Source: Macrostomum lignano (lineage: Eukaryota). Taken from it: 64,000 nucleotides of DNA. The stretch covers positions 238,176 to 302,175 of the forward strand of contig NIVC01001376.1 in NCBI GenBank assembly GCA_002269645.1, read 5' to 3'. Positions 51,870 to 64,000 of the stretch are shown one piece after another (position 1 is the first letter of the stretch; the number at the start of each line of letters is the position of its first letter). Under the pieces are notes generated by a model, which saw only the letters and a list, made by a program, of their open reading frames with translations, did not search any database and had not been told where the DNA came from. A program made the position numbers and the translations under genes.

Positions 51870-52290
51870 TGTAACGGTTTGGAAATTCTGTAATTCAAAT
51901 CTAGTTTATTAACATGGTGTATTTTAACTTTATTCAAATCCTTAGCTGTTTAGATTACGTGCGTAATTATTCTAGGGTTTTAATATTACGTATTTTGTTA
52001 ATTTGGTTTCCGTTTCCAAGAAATGCGACTCATAATTTTAACATGTAAGTTCTAGTCTTTTTCTGTAAGCGTGTGGCAGCCTGGGACGTAGATCAACCTA
52101 GCATGTACGTGAGATACAATAATTATAATCAGAGCCGATCACCAGTGTACGCATTCATACTAAGACAGTAAGATTTCTTATGCTCCGAGTATAGTAAATC
52201 GTCCAGGACTGACATACGTATCTGCTGAACCATATACGTTGCTAATACTCTCTCTTCGCTAGTAATATTAAATATACCGGGCTCGTTACA
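51870..52290 (+). mobile_element. solo LTR copy 2 (TGTAACG...CGTTACA)
   Basis: Perfect 7-bp terminal inverted repeat and homology to 2493-2911. No matching TSD (CAAAG vs TCAAC). Confidence 0.75.
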
Positions 52291-52469
52291 TCAACAATGG
52301 AAATAGTTTTACAAGGCTGGAAAATTTGCGAATAGTACAACAGTAGTGGGCCGGACCGGGCCGTAAATTACACACACCGGAACATAGATTCCCAACCGGA
52401 TCATAGATCATTGGGCTAGATAGCCCAGCTACATTCATTGTGGAAGATAAAGACGACACCATGATGTCA

Positions 52470-53870
52470 TGGGAGCTGCGGGCTACCACTGCACCGCTAG
52501 AAAGCCATCCTGCGGTTCACCGGGGAATAGCAATGAGTTAGTCAGAAAGACACTGTTTTCTAATGCATTCAGGGTCGCAAATGCAATTGCTGCCCAGGAA
52601 CCCCTCAACCAGGTTCCTTCCGCTGAAGCCCTTCGCATTCGGCTTGGCAATAAATAAAAAATGCAAACCTCGCCGCTTGCAATGGCCTTTTCGTGCAAGA
52701 CTGCAGGAGCTCAATGTGGCGGTTGACACTGACTTGTGCTTTCATTGCCTTATTCTGTGAAGCAGTTTGTACATAGGTACATAAGTCGGGCCAAATGGCA
52801 AGTGCACGCTTAGCAACAGTGACATTTTCTAGCCAACGACAGGCAACAGAACTTTAGAGGGAACACACGTGTACCTGTGGCCTCAATGAAGTCTGCGACG
52901 TGCAGGCGCATTTTTGAACAGGTAGTAAAAGGAGCTCAAAATAGCTTTAATGTCCCAACCACTGACTAAGACACCCTGGTTAAATGCTCTGTGGACTCGA
53001 TGTAGAGAGCAGGATCAGCAGTGAATGATCTTTGCATCCGTAGCACTACTACTAGCAACATAGGCATCCAGTAGCTTGTGAAAGGCCCAGTTGACATTAG
53101 GTCCATCCATGCCCACTTGTAATATCTTGCTGACAGAGATGCCATTGAAAGATGCTAGGAAAGACTCCAAGAGATTTGCTGCAGTGCATGAAAGAAGAAA
53201 TTGAGAATCGAAGTAAAATGTCTTTACCGGAGGCTCAGTTGAGTCTTTCTCCTCAGTCCAGACACGAACATGAATGTCCATTTTTTCGATTGCTGCATGA
53301 TTTTGTTTAAACTCTCGTCAAAGTTAACAGAAAAGAACCGTTGGTTATTCAAAATAGTTGTTAACTGCTCCTTTAGAAGTGGTGCCAATCCGAAGTTGAT
53401 TATGTATCGGATTTTGTCGTAGCCAAGGGACATTTCATTTACAATGGCACTGTCAGTAAACATGGCTTTGAATCGATCAGTAATTCCAGCTGCTGAGCGA
53501 AATAAAAAGTGCTAGTCTACCATGTAAAAAAACCCATAGTAGCTTAGCTTGCTCAGCACTGTTTTTTAAGCCTTTTAGTACTTCGTCATTTGTAGCAGCA
53601 ACTGCAGCAACAGTACCGCCATTAGTAGTGCTGCCCGAGGGCATAAGGAATGCTCGAATACTTGGTGTTGTTGCGACTAGATGATTTAGATGAGTTTTTC
53701 TTTTAGCATGGGAAGTTAAGGCCGTCTTTCCCATATTGGAAAGTTCGACTTTCTTTTCGCAGCTTTTGCAGTAAGCTGCATTTCGATTGCTCGAGTAGGA
53801 AGTCACCCAGGGGAATTCCTCTTCCCACTTCTTGTCATAGTAAGTTGTTTTTTTGAAGTGGAACTCATAA
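52470..53870 (-). pseudogene. hAT-like transposase with BED-like finger, multiply frameshifted
   Basis: AYCKSCEK..SNMGKTALTSH; YIINFGLAP; FSVNFDESLNK; QVGMDGPNVN; LHRVHRAF; NAPARR..F; RWLEN. Confidence 0.8.
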
Positions 53871-55529
53871 GGCTGGAACTGGAAGGAGTTAGTAGTAAGG
53901 TGTACATAAAATTAAAATAATCTTTGTAACATTAGCAAGCTATTTTGTATTTGCAACAACTTATTTAGCTCGTATATAAGTCTACTAAAAACCTAAACGC
54001 AATATAAATTTATACAAAAGAATAGCAATAAATAGTGATTAAAACAAAATATAGACGGACCTTTCTATTAATGGCCTGGTTAATACCATATTATCATAGT
54101 ATGGACTATATATTTTACTGTCAGTGTGATTAGCACAGCAATTATAGATTAGCAATATGTACAAGCCAATAAATAATTCATTTAAGAACAAGTATCTGCC
54201 TATTTCAAATACCAGCTTTTAAAAATAACAATACATGGAACAAACAAAAATGATTTACTATTCTAGCTACTTAGTGCTATCGATTAGCCTCTTTCTTGTC
54301 TCACAATTTTTTCTCCAATTTTCTAATTGACTTTCAAATTTTCCCTGACTTCCTAAGAATTTCCCTGACTTTCCCTGACCGCGGCCACCCTGATCGCGCT
54401 TACGTAGAGCTGAGTTGGGAATTCCAGATTTCGATGACTTGCTTGAGCTGCAACGACTCGAGCAGACACAACAGCCAGCATATACTCGGAGGACTATTGT
54501 TAACAAGGGATGAAATTTGATGCACAAAAGGTGTGAGGAGACGAAACTTGGCCTCATTTCATGATGGCGGTATGAATGGGCTTTTAAAGAATTTATCTTT
54601 AAATTTGTCGGCTTAGTTGGTGACGAGCGAATGCTGTGACTATAGAAGCGTGTTAATCATTATTGGACATTATTTCAATCGTATCGCTCATCAACTTTCC
54701 AGGCTTCTAGGGGCCTTTCTCAGAAAAGAATGCCCCGCGAGTCTTTGAACTTCGCCATGCTGCGAAATTCTGGTTGGGCCAATGACGTGCCGGACACTGA
54801 TTGGCGACGCTTTCGCGCTTATGTGTATATCGCTTGTACAGCAGATAACCTGCTTACTGCACTGACTGTGGCTTTCATTGAGGATCCTGCTTTCAAGGCC
54901 AGGCCAAGCCAGGAGACAAGTGTGTTATCCACGATCAGCATTTTACGGGACAAAGAAATTTTATTAAGGTTGAATTGCGTTCCTTCTCCTATTTAATAAA
55001 TCTTCATTTTACCAGTACACCACTCGTCATACTTGTATGCACAAGTTGATTAGACATTCCATGGTCGTTGTGGGACAGTAAGTTAGTACTGTTAGTACAG
55101 TACGAAAACACTCGGAACAAAATGTGGTATAATAAGTAGTAAAACTGCGTAGAATAGTAAAATATTAAAGTAATTTTAGGGGCTTGACGTAAGTTGAGGG
55201 TAGAAATACGAGAATATCAATCAATTTTTTCGACTTGCTTCTTGACGATTTTTAAAGAATATTGTTTTAATGTTGTCTTTATTGAATTTTTTCTCTTAAT
55301 TGAATCTCTTAATTATTATTACGCCGCAAAAAGATGACAAAAGTAGTAAAAAGTTAAGTAGACCCGAAAGCAGATCGATTTGTCTACAAAAGCGGAACAG
55401 TCATTTCTTCTCGTTACAAACTACTTTTTTGCTTATTCGCATACTGTTCTGCGACATTTCGTAGAAACTGAGCTCCTAAGAAATTTAGCATTTTTCACTG
55501 CATTCGCCTACATTTCCTTTACGTCGTCA

Positions 55530-55700
55530 TTTCTTAGTCGCTCTTTCCTTAATAGTCTCTGCCTCGTCTCCAGCTCTCTCTTCCGCCTCCTTCCAAGCTT
55601 TCTCTTTCGCCTCCTTCCGAGCATTCTCTTCCGCTTCCTTCCGAGCCTTCTCTTCCGCTTCCTTCAGAGCTTTTTCTTCTGCTTCCTCCGTAGCCATCTC
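55530..55700 (-). repeat. 24-bp coding-like repeat giving (KEAEEKAR)n in a 57-aa ORF
   Basis: Manual translation: MATEEAEEKALKEAEEKARKEAEENARKEAKEKAWKEAEERA...*. Confidence 0.55.
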
Positions 55701-57574
55701 TTCTTCCGTTCTTTCCGTCTTGCGAAAAATTCACTTTGCGTCCTTTACTTTTAATGAACGAAACACTATATGTCGATTGCTCAAATTTTATTGTCCGAAA
55801 GTAATTTTCTAGTCGTTAGTTTACGAATTTTGGATTGGCACACGCCTGTTCACTTTTATGTCACAATTGTAGCAACTATTCCAGCAAACGGTATTTTTGT
55901 ATTTCAGAATTTCAAATCCTTACACAGCATCGAAGGCCAGCCTACAAGGTCGTCAAAAAGTGATGGCACACGCATAACTGGTGACTATTTATGTTATTAA
56001 ACTATTTCTAGAGATGGCACAGTCAATTGAAAAAATCGGTAGTCTGTTGGTGGGGGACAGAGAGGTCTGAAGATAGCAGCTGTTATATTTAAAAGTCTAA
56101 TGGGGGAGTATGTATCAATTTTAATAATATTTCGAACCGCATTGTGGGGATAGAGCGTGTGGAGGAGCAATTCTCCTCCAAGCCTCTGGAGCCTCTCCTT
56201 CCGAACTTTTTATGGCCACAGCTGCCTCCGTCTCGTCATGCCCCCCGATAAGAAAATGTTTTTTTCGAGCCTCTGTTTGATCCAGGCATGGTCCAGGCCG
56301 GGGTTTGCAGACCAATAGCTTGCTTTAAAGGGGGGCAAGCTTGCTGTAAAGGGGCCGGGGGGCCAAACCTCTAGAAAATGCTGATTGGGGGGGGGGAGAG
56401 CAATCGTGAGATAGATGGTGCTGAGTTAGTTAAACTGTTAGTTAAACACTTATTCTTACTTGCTTAATTGAGCGGTTGTTTATGCCGGAATCAATCTATG
56501 CATAAGTATACATTATAGAATTGATCGATACAAAAAAGATGCAAATTATTAAATATATTATTTAAGGAAGTTTTCAAGCAGCATTAAATGGAAAGCATAG
56601 AAGTAAAGTAGACTTTCTAATTACAAGATCGATATTTTAGGAAATAATAAAGAATATACACTTTACATTGATAATTACATATAGATGAACCCAGCGCAAA
56701 AAAATTTTGCCTGATGGACGCCGATGGGATAAAAAACTGTCTGCGCAAATTGGGATTCTCCGTTGAAATACTTTACCGATTAAAAATATTGACTCTTGAG
56801 AATTTTCGCGTGAGCAACATTTCAATGCTTTTCCAACGATTTCGACCTGTACAGCCTATTTCTTTGTGCTAACTTTCTTCATTTTTCTGTTCCACTCTTC
56901 AGATCCCGCATCGCGAATGCATATTAAAACTTTACACTTTTTCTCTGACAAATCCGTTTTTCAGCACGTTTGCTTGGGGACAGAAACACGTGAAGTTTTT
57001 CTGTCCATGGATTTAGTCCACAGAAAAAGTAAAACAAGTTTAAGTTTGATTCCAAATTTCTTGCCTGGGTTTTTAGTTATCTGGCAGTCTGTTGGCTTGA
57101 GTGCCTTCGCCTCTTTTCCAGTAGGAACCTGCAGCCAGGGAATACTCTACAGGAAGAGTATCCTAGTTCCTAGATCCACCCAGGCCCAGCGCCTAAAGCC
57201 CAGCGCCCACCCCCACAAAATCGGTTTTTACAGAGAGAGACAAACAAATGGTTGAGCAGAAATTTTAATAAACAATGTTCATGATGTTGTACATTGATGT
57301 GGAGCATTAGAGATAGTGGTTGGCGTGGTACGTTGAGCTACGTTGGGCCGAATGTTGGACAGAGTGCTTTCCGTACCGATGCAGCGACAGATCAACTACA
57401 GCGGCAAAGAAATGAAAAAACGATCTCGCAGCACTGACCTGACTGATACTCAACCTTGCTTCCAGTGGGTGTTGCTTCCAGTTTTTATGGGTGAGAAAGA
57501 CTATGCTTAGATGAATATGTACTTTGCAAAGCTTAAATGTGAAATGTAATTTTTATTTCATTTTACAATCTCAG

Positions 57575-57879
57575 ATGTAATTGAATCTCTGTACGGCGCT
57601 GAGCGACCAAGTGACCGGGATGCTGAGAAGGCGGTCATCTCAGCAATGAAGCACGCTGGTGACCGTGAGGGTGGTCATACTCAGCGTCGGAAGTCGGCAG
57701 CGGTAGCTGCTGAACAAGGCCAAATTCAGGCTTCCAATGCCGCTGCTTACGCTGCGACTGCGTCGCCCACAGCAAACACAGCATTATCGCTGAGTTCAAC
57801 TCCTGCTGTCCGATGTGGCTCAAAGTGTTTTTGTAACGATAATGAAGATGTAATCGTAGATGGCTTGTTTACGAGCTAG
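57575..57879 (+). CDS. possible terminal exon of a DUF4806/BEN-like protein
   Basis: A T-rich acceptor ..TCTCAG| at 57574 is followed by DVIESLYG..DAEKAVISAMKHAGDREGGHTQRRK, which resembles the E..+..W+..A.DR.GG...R ending of that family. Confidence 0.35.
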
Positions 57880-59199
57880 TCTTGAACTGTCTGTATAATT
57901 ATACGACTGCAATTTTATGGTGGAACAAAAACAGTAGCAGAAATCGCAGGCTTTCTGCTGTAAAACTTTTAGGAGCTTAGTTGTCGACGAGCTCGAATTT
58001 TAAGAGACGGTACCTTGTGATGTAGATAGTATGGTATAACTATATAAGGGCATAGGGCTGCCGATTGAAATCAGAGAAATCAAAATTATTTACTACATTT
58101 CTCACCATATTTGCTCATCCATTTGATGTATTGTTTTCGTTTTTACTTTTTGCTCTAAATAATGTTCTCATAATTTTTGCTAATAATTCAATATTCATGC
58201 AGTCTCACAATCAAATGCTATGCTACCACAGTAATAATTTACTAGCATGATTTTTAGTAACTGCAATAAATACAAGGTTTAAATTTCAACATCAAAATTT
58301 CGTCATTTCGATGAGACGATGTGAGAAGATACTCACAGCTTAAACTGAAACGCTTTGATTTCAAGTATTAAATTCTCAATTAAAATCTGAAGGATACAGT
58401 GGGCCATTTAAATTGCGGTATAAATATTTTACGAGCTACTAGAAGTGACGATTGACAGACCAGAGGAGTTGACCTGGCCAACGAGTGGCCGTACGTTGAC
58501 CCGGACGTAAATTTTTTACTGGGCTTCCACTACCGTGGGGCTAAGCTAAGGGCCAAACGATACCAGCTAAATTCGTAGAGACACCCGTTGCACAGCTACA
58601 GTATTCTTAACGGCTGGTTCATTTGTGAATACATTTTATTCATTGATTCATGCTGTGCCCGTAAAGCAATTACTCGTTCAACTACTAAATATGTGTCGGT
58701 TTGCTTATACTCGGTAGTTATGTTCCTCATAGGCGGCACCCGATTCCAACCGGACTTGAAGCGGCAAAAAAACTTTTTTTGTAACGAGACATTTTATCAA
58801 CGGATTCCTTGCCTTTTTAAACGTCTCATTCAGATCGGTCATAGATCTACTTGATCCATTTCCGTCCTGTAAGTAAACTGCGACTTCTACGTACCCAGTG
58901 TCCTCTTTTGTCCAATTGAGGTACGGAAAATCTATGAAATCAATTTGACCAAAAGTTAACCAAGCAAATTTTAACGTTTGTAGACTGTAGTCTGTAAGTC
59001 TAATAACAGAGCATAACTGAAAATTTTCTTGGTTAACTTTTAGTCAACTTTTAGGAATGCTACTTCGCTTAAGAAATTCAAAAAACAAGAAGATGATTAC
59101 AAACATTTGGCAATTATGTTTAAATCTGGATTTGGATTTGAAATATCAATCGCACCTGACGATGCTGCAAGTTAAAGGGAAACATGTGAATGGTATGGG

Positions 59200-59293
59200 C
59201 CGTGTCTTAGCGGTCTAAGCTACTGGTTTTCTAGTTTGGATTTTTAGTGAATTTTATTATACTGGTTTGAGATTAGTAGATTCGCTGCCACCA
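59200..59293 (+). pseudogene. decayed tRNA-Leu-like sequence ending in CCA
   Basis: GTGTCTTAGCGGTCTAAG resembles the tRNA-Leu D-arm GTGGCCGAGCGGTCTAAG, and the sequence ends GCTGCCACCA. The middle does not fold as a cloverleaf. Confidence 0.4.
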
Positions 59294-60239
59294 GGCTTCC
59301 TGTTTCCTAATCCTAGTAGTTAGAGATAAAATGAGTGACACAGGAAAACCAATAATTAACGAAACTTATTATTTCAGAAGAGAGAGAAAATGTTAGCATG
59401 CAATGGTTACTGCTACTTTACTTAGTTAATTGTGCGAGAAATTAGGCATTGACTACATTGTGCACTGTCTCGGCATTGACTACCTCAACAGTTTTACTTT
59501 ACTTCCCTAAAATTTCCCTGCCTCTTACCAATTCCTTGATTAATGTTCTGAGTTAGCAAATTTTCGCAAACGGGATCACAAACGGATGCTTTCCCAAGAG
59601 CATTCATTCATTGTTAGGTATTTGGGCTTAGAAAAAATGCCCGGCGCCTCAGCTTTGACGGCTCTTACGCCACTGTATATTGTTTGGTTTCAAAATATTT
59701 TTACTAGTATTGGTTACAAATTGTATTAAATGATGTGGGAATTATAAAACAGTGCATCTATAGAAGTAAATCGAAGTACAGTATAAAACAAATCGAATGA
59801 TAATGGAGATTTGATATTTGAAATTCAATAAAACAGAATAAAATAAATTATATCCAATAAAACAGCTAAAAAAAGATGAGATAAAAAAGATGCAGGTGAT
59901 GAAGGATTGATGACAAAGGAGAGAGCACAAAGTACATGTAGAATCACTTCATTTGGTCATGGTTGGATTCTATAGTACAATGATTTAAGATTTAACATTG
60001 TGGGGTTAAAAGATATCTCAATTATTAGCAATGAAAATTTTGGTTACAGGTATTGTCATGGAGATTTGGGTAGTTAAAATATTGGTTAAAAGTATTGTCA
60101 TGGATATAGGAGAACTTCAAGTGACTACAGTTATCAGCCAATTGCACATTACTTAGTAACAGATGTAAATAGCATTCAATGAAAATTAATTTAAAGTGAA
60201 GCAGTGATGACTAGTTAAAGAGCTTTTATTTGGAATCAG

Positions 60240-62720
60240 CAACAATTACGTTGCTCAAATCATTACAAGTACATGTATCTCAAACATTTCTCAGGCGGGC
60301 CACTGCAGGCACCCGAAACCTCCTATCCCAAGGTTTTATATCAAGGTCGAAGCTGTGGACCCCGCTGGCAATAGTTTTTTTTGACCAGCGCTTGGCCAAG
60401 CCCCAGATGCGCTCTTTCATCATCGGCATTTTAGTAATGTGATGGAGATAGCTAGTCTAAGTGTAATTTGGAGCATCAGGAGTGATCTTAAGTGCCTTGT
60501 TCTGGAGAAGTTGACGTTTGGACAGCTGAGCGTCGGTAAGATGTATCAACACCGGTGCCCCATGTTTCCTAATCACAAAGTAGGATAACATGTAACTTTC
60601 AACAATAACGACAAAGGTGTCGCAACTCGTTAAGGTACACAGTGAGACAGAGAGTGCATAGAGACAACTAGTAAAGAATATTTACAGGTTCTGAATCTTG
60701 ATCCATGCATTCTAACAGAAGCCGTCCAGGCGCTAATCTTTCGTGTTTCGAATGCCTTTCGCTTCATGATGATTGGAATGCTAGAAGTTAATGGTATAAT
60801 TAACGTGCATCGCACTGCTGGCGTAACACACCGGATCAACAACACAAAAGCAACAACATCCGTGCTATAATAATTAGAGTCTGCCAGGGAGAGCAGGTCA
60901 GGGAGCAGACCAGGGAGCAGGCCAGGGGGAGCTCGGAGCAGGCCAGGGGAGCAGGTCAGGGAAGCAGACCAGGGGAGCAGGTCAGGGAAGCAGGTCAGGG
61001 AAGCAGACCAGGTGAGCAGGCCAGGAAGCTGGGAGCAGGCCAGGGGAGCAGGTCAGGGAAGCAGACCAGGTGAGCAGGCCAGGGGGAGCTGGGAGCAGGC
61101 CAGGGGAGCAGGTCAGGGAAGCAGACCAGGGGAGCAGGTCAGGAAGCAGACCAGGTGAGCAGGTCAGGGTAGCAGACCAGCGGAGCAGGCCAGTTGGAGC
61201 TGGGAGCAGGTCAGGGGGGAGCTGGAGCAGGTCAGGGGGAGCTGGAGCAGGCCAGGGGAGCAAGGCAAGCAGAGCTGGACATAGGAGTAGGCCAGTGACC
61301 CAGGCAGAATAGCAAGATATGAGGAACTAGGGGGTAGCCAAAGAAATGGACAGGAAAAGTGACTAGGAGGATATGGTCAGGCTAGTGAAACCTAGCCATG
61401 GAGTACAGATCAAGAGAAGTAGGCTAGGGGAGCAAGTTAGGGAGGGTAGGCTAGGCAGAGTAGGCTAATGGCAGTAGGCTTAGTGAGACGAGAGCAAGCT
61501 AGGAAGAGCAGTCAGAGAGAATAGACTAGGAGGAGACCAAGAAGAGCTAGATTATGAGAATAGGCAGCCAGGTAGTCAAAGAGTTGGCTAGGGAAAATCC
61601 AGGTAATTGCTAGACATTTTAAAAGGAAATATTGAATAATTGGTTTTGTATGGCTTGCTCTGTGAAATAGCTAATCTGGCTAGTTGAAATAATAATAGCT
61701 AGTTTAAGCTATAGCCAATATGTTATATAGCCAGGGATTTCTGATTTCTAATGTACTAGGTAAGAGTACTTAAAAATTTAAGTACTCTGCATGCAAATGA
61801 CCTTGAGGCTACAAGAAATATGAAAATCAAGAACTGTAATAAACTGCCAATTTATTAAATAGTATAGTATTCATATGGATAGCAGAATAGGTAGGCAAGA
61901 ATAATGCTGATTGTTGGTCTTATTGGATAACTAGGCCTAAGCTAATATGAAGTACAAATGACCAACAATATTTTGTTTGATTAAATTTGCTATTTATGCT
62001 CCTCCTGCAAGTGCAAGATGCAATTGGATTAATTCCATCATTGCATTTTCTGTCAATCACTTGTCAATTTTTCATTTGTCAAACAAATTTAAATCTGAGC
62101 CGTTTGATTCGTTAGCTAGCGTATAATATACTGGCCCCTATGCTATTTAAGTGCATAGCTCAGTATGATATTTCGGGTAGAAATCGTGTCGTCTTGACAC
62201 ACGACATGCTCGCAAGTGATTATTGGTCCCAATTGGTACATCTCTACCGATAATATCGGTGCCACTGGGGTGAGCTGCAACATCTTAAGCACATCATCGG
62301 TGATTCTGACAATGTTATCAAAGGTGCAATGGTCTTGTATATAGGCGCACTGATCTTCATTGATAATATTCAGGTTTTCCAGTATAGTTCGAATATTCCT
62401 AGCAAGTATTTTCACATAAAGTTTACCCAAGCATGAGGTTAGACAAATTGGTCTGTAGCTATCTACTTGATGTTTTGGTTTATTAGGTTTGGGAATCATT
62501 TTGACAATACCTGTTTCCAGAGCCGCGGGTAGTAGCCCAGAAGGGAGCAGGTATTGAAAAGTTTTGTGATAATTCTGATAGAGTTTAGTCTCAGGCCCTT
62601 TTTGAGAACAATGTTTGGGATATTGTCTGGCCCAGGTGCACCCCCAGACCTGAGACTGCTTATTGCCATAGTTACATCTATGTTGATGATTTCCATAAGG
62701 TAGGCTAAAGCATCATCACA
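60240..62720 (-). mobile_element. fragmented Jockey/I-group LINE RT split by a ~1.2-kb insertion
   Basis: 62105-62720 reads GAPGPDNIPNIVLK and IPKPNKP..SYRPICLTSCLGKL. ~60240-60530 reads QLLQNKALKI..APNYT*TSYLHH..MPMMKERI. Confidence 0.7.
60886..61300. repeat. G-rich 12-13-bp minisatellite (GGGAGCAGGYCA / GGGAAGCAGACCA)
   Basis: About 30 units directly visible. Confidence 0.9.
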
Positions 62721-64000
62721 GTCGCCTCAGCCTCCTCATTTTATATTTGAAGTAGGAGATGTTGTATAACACCACTATGAGGTTTAAAATGTAATCGCCT
62801 TGCTTAATTGGTCTTTTTCTTGGTAGTCGTCGATCCACAGTTTGTCCATTTATTTCCGGTTCAATGAGTGGTGATGTCAGCCGCGCGTTCATGTCCTTTT
62901 CGCTCGTTGTTAACACGCAGAAGCCAACGCCATGATATATGTTCTTGACCGATTGAATTCTGATGTTTGGAAAGTTTATATTGAGAAACCACTCAAACTT
63001 GAGTGGATCTTTGGCTTCTGGAGCAGTCTCAAATACTACTGGAGTTATCTTGAATTTAGGTTGGCTGCTACTTTGTTCTTGGTCGGCTATACAGCTGCCA
63101 GTCTGTGAGTATTTTCTTGGTGAGTAGCTTTGTTATTGTTGATTGCCTGGTCAGCTATACTGGCCGCGTTTGGTGTCGATATAAGTGTCGAGTTTGGAAT
63201 AAAACAATCTATAAAACAGCAGCATTATTCAGTAATACAAATAGGAGCAATTAAAAAAGTTAAACTAAATAAAACAAATTAAAACAAATCACTTAACCCC
63301 TGCCAGCCCCGGGGAGGTTTAGATAAGCCTATTGGGTTTGGGGTAGGCGTACGCTCTGAGGGTCGGGGGTAGGGCCCGCTCTCGGCCTGACTGGCGCCGC
63401 TTGCCCGGCTCGATGTACAGTCCTCTTAGTCCCAATTAGGATGACTGTGGAGGATGAAGGATGACTTAAATCCAATTAGGATTTAAGTGTACATTAGTAC
63501 ACTCCCAACCTGGAAACCTTATTTCACTAGTGGCGTAAGAGCCTAATTCATTGGCTGAGGCGCCGGAAGCATCATTGTCATTGTCAATGTCAGATAAAAT
63601 GAAAATATTATATGATGTTAGTAAAATAATTTAGCTCCTAGTAAAATTAAATGAGCAGTCTGGACAGATTTTATCAGGTCGTGCCGCGACTGAGGAAGCC
63701 TCTCCGGCGCCGTCTCGAGGTGAGTTAGTTTTTAGTTTATATGGCTTTTATTGCTTATTTTTTGGCTTTTCTAAAATTTAGTATAGTAACGCGTTCTCTA
63801 AACCCTGGTCTGCTCCATTCTTTGAGGTCAATATCGAAGTTATGCACCCCTGTGAGCAGACTTTTTTGAACCATCCTAGGCCAGGTTCCATATTCTCTCT
63901 TTGAACCTGGGCATATTCGTAGTTTCATGTAGATAGCTAATTTTAATGTACCTGGGGGCACCAAGCGCGATTCTAAGGGCTTGATTTTGGAGGAGTTGGA

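Noticed and set aside
52330-52400. Maverick PolB YGLDPAHY-like remnant on the minus strand
   Set aside because: It needs an indel plus a substitution over 8 codons, which is too weak.
54400-55000. Tyrosine-recombinase relic (FYSHSIRS, KAHSYRH on the minus strand)
   Set aside because: Many stops, and no catalytic Arg or Tyr context. The short motifs could be chance.

Overview
AT-rich eukaryotic (invertebrate-like) window. It is almost entirely nested transposable elements, endogenous-virus relics and tandem repeats, with no confidently complete host gene. Main contents: (1) a full-length LOA/Lian-like LINE (32951-38327, minus) with ORF1, APE-RT-RNaseH-CCHC ORF2, a 13-bp TSD and a (TAAG)n tail, broken only by four single-base deletions; (2) a 3'-truncated Ty3/Gypsy element (gag, -1 frameshift at GGGAAAC, protease-RT) with three stacked PBS-like motifs; (3) a ~3.7-kb non-autonomous Helitron carrying a 1.75-kb 21-bp minisatellite; (4) a deleted Tc1/IS630-like element with 139-bp inverted repeats and a nested zinc-finger-rich RTE 3' end; (5) a decayed Polinton/Maverick (adintovirus-like) structural module (major capsid, A32-type ATPase, penton), plus separate protease and pPolB scraps; (6) a three-intron DNA transposase pseudogene; (7) mariner, hAT, RTE, Jockey/I and Gypsy-integrase relics and two solo LTRs. 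About 18 of 23 orientable elements lie on the minus strand, as expected of a uni-strand piRNA-cluster-like locus. All family assignments come from motifs recognised by eye. No searches were run.
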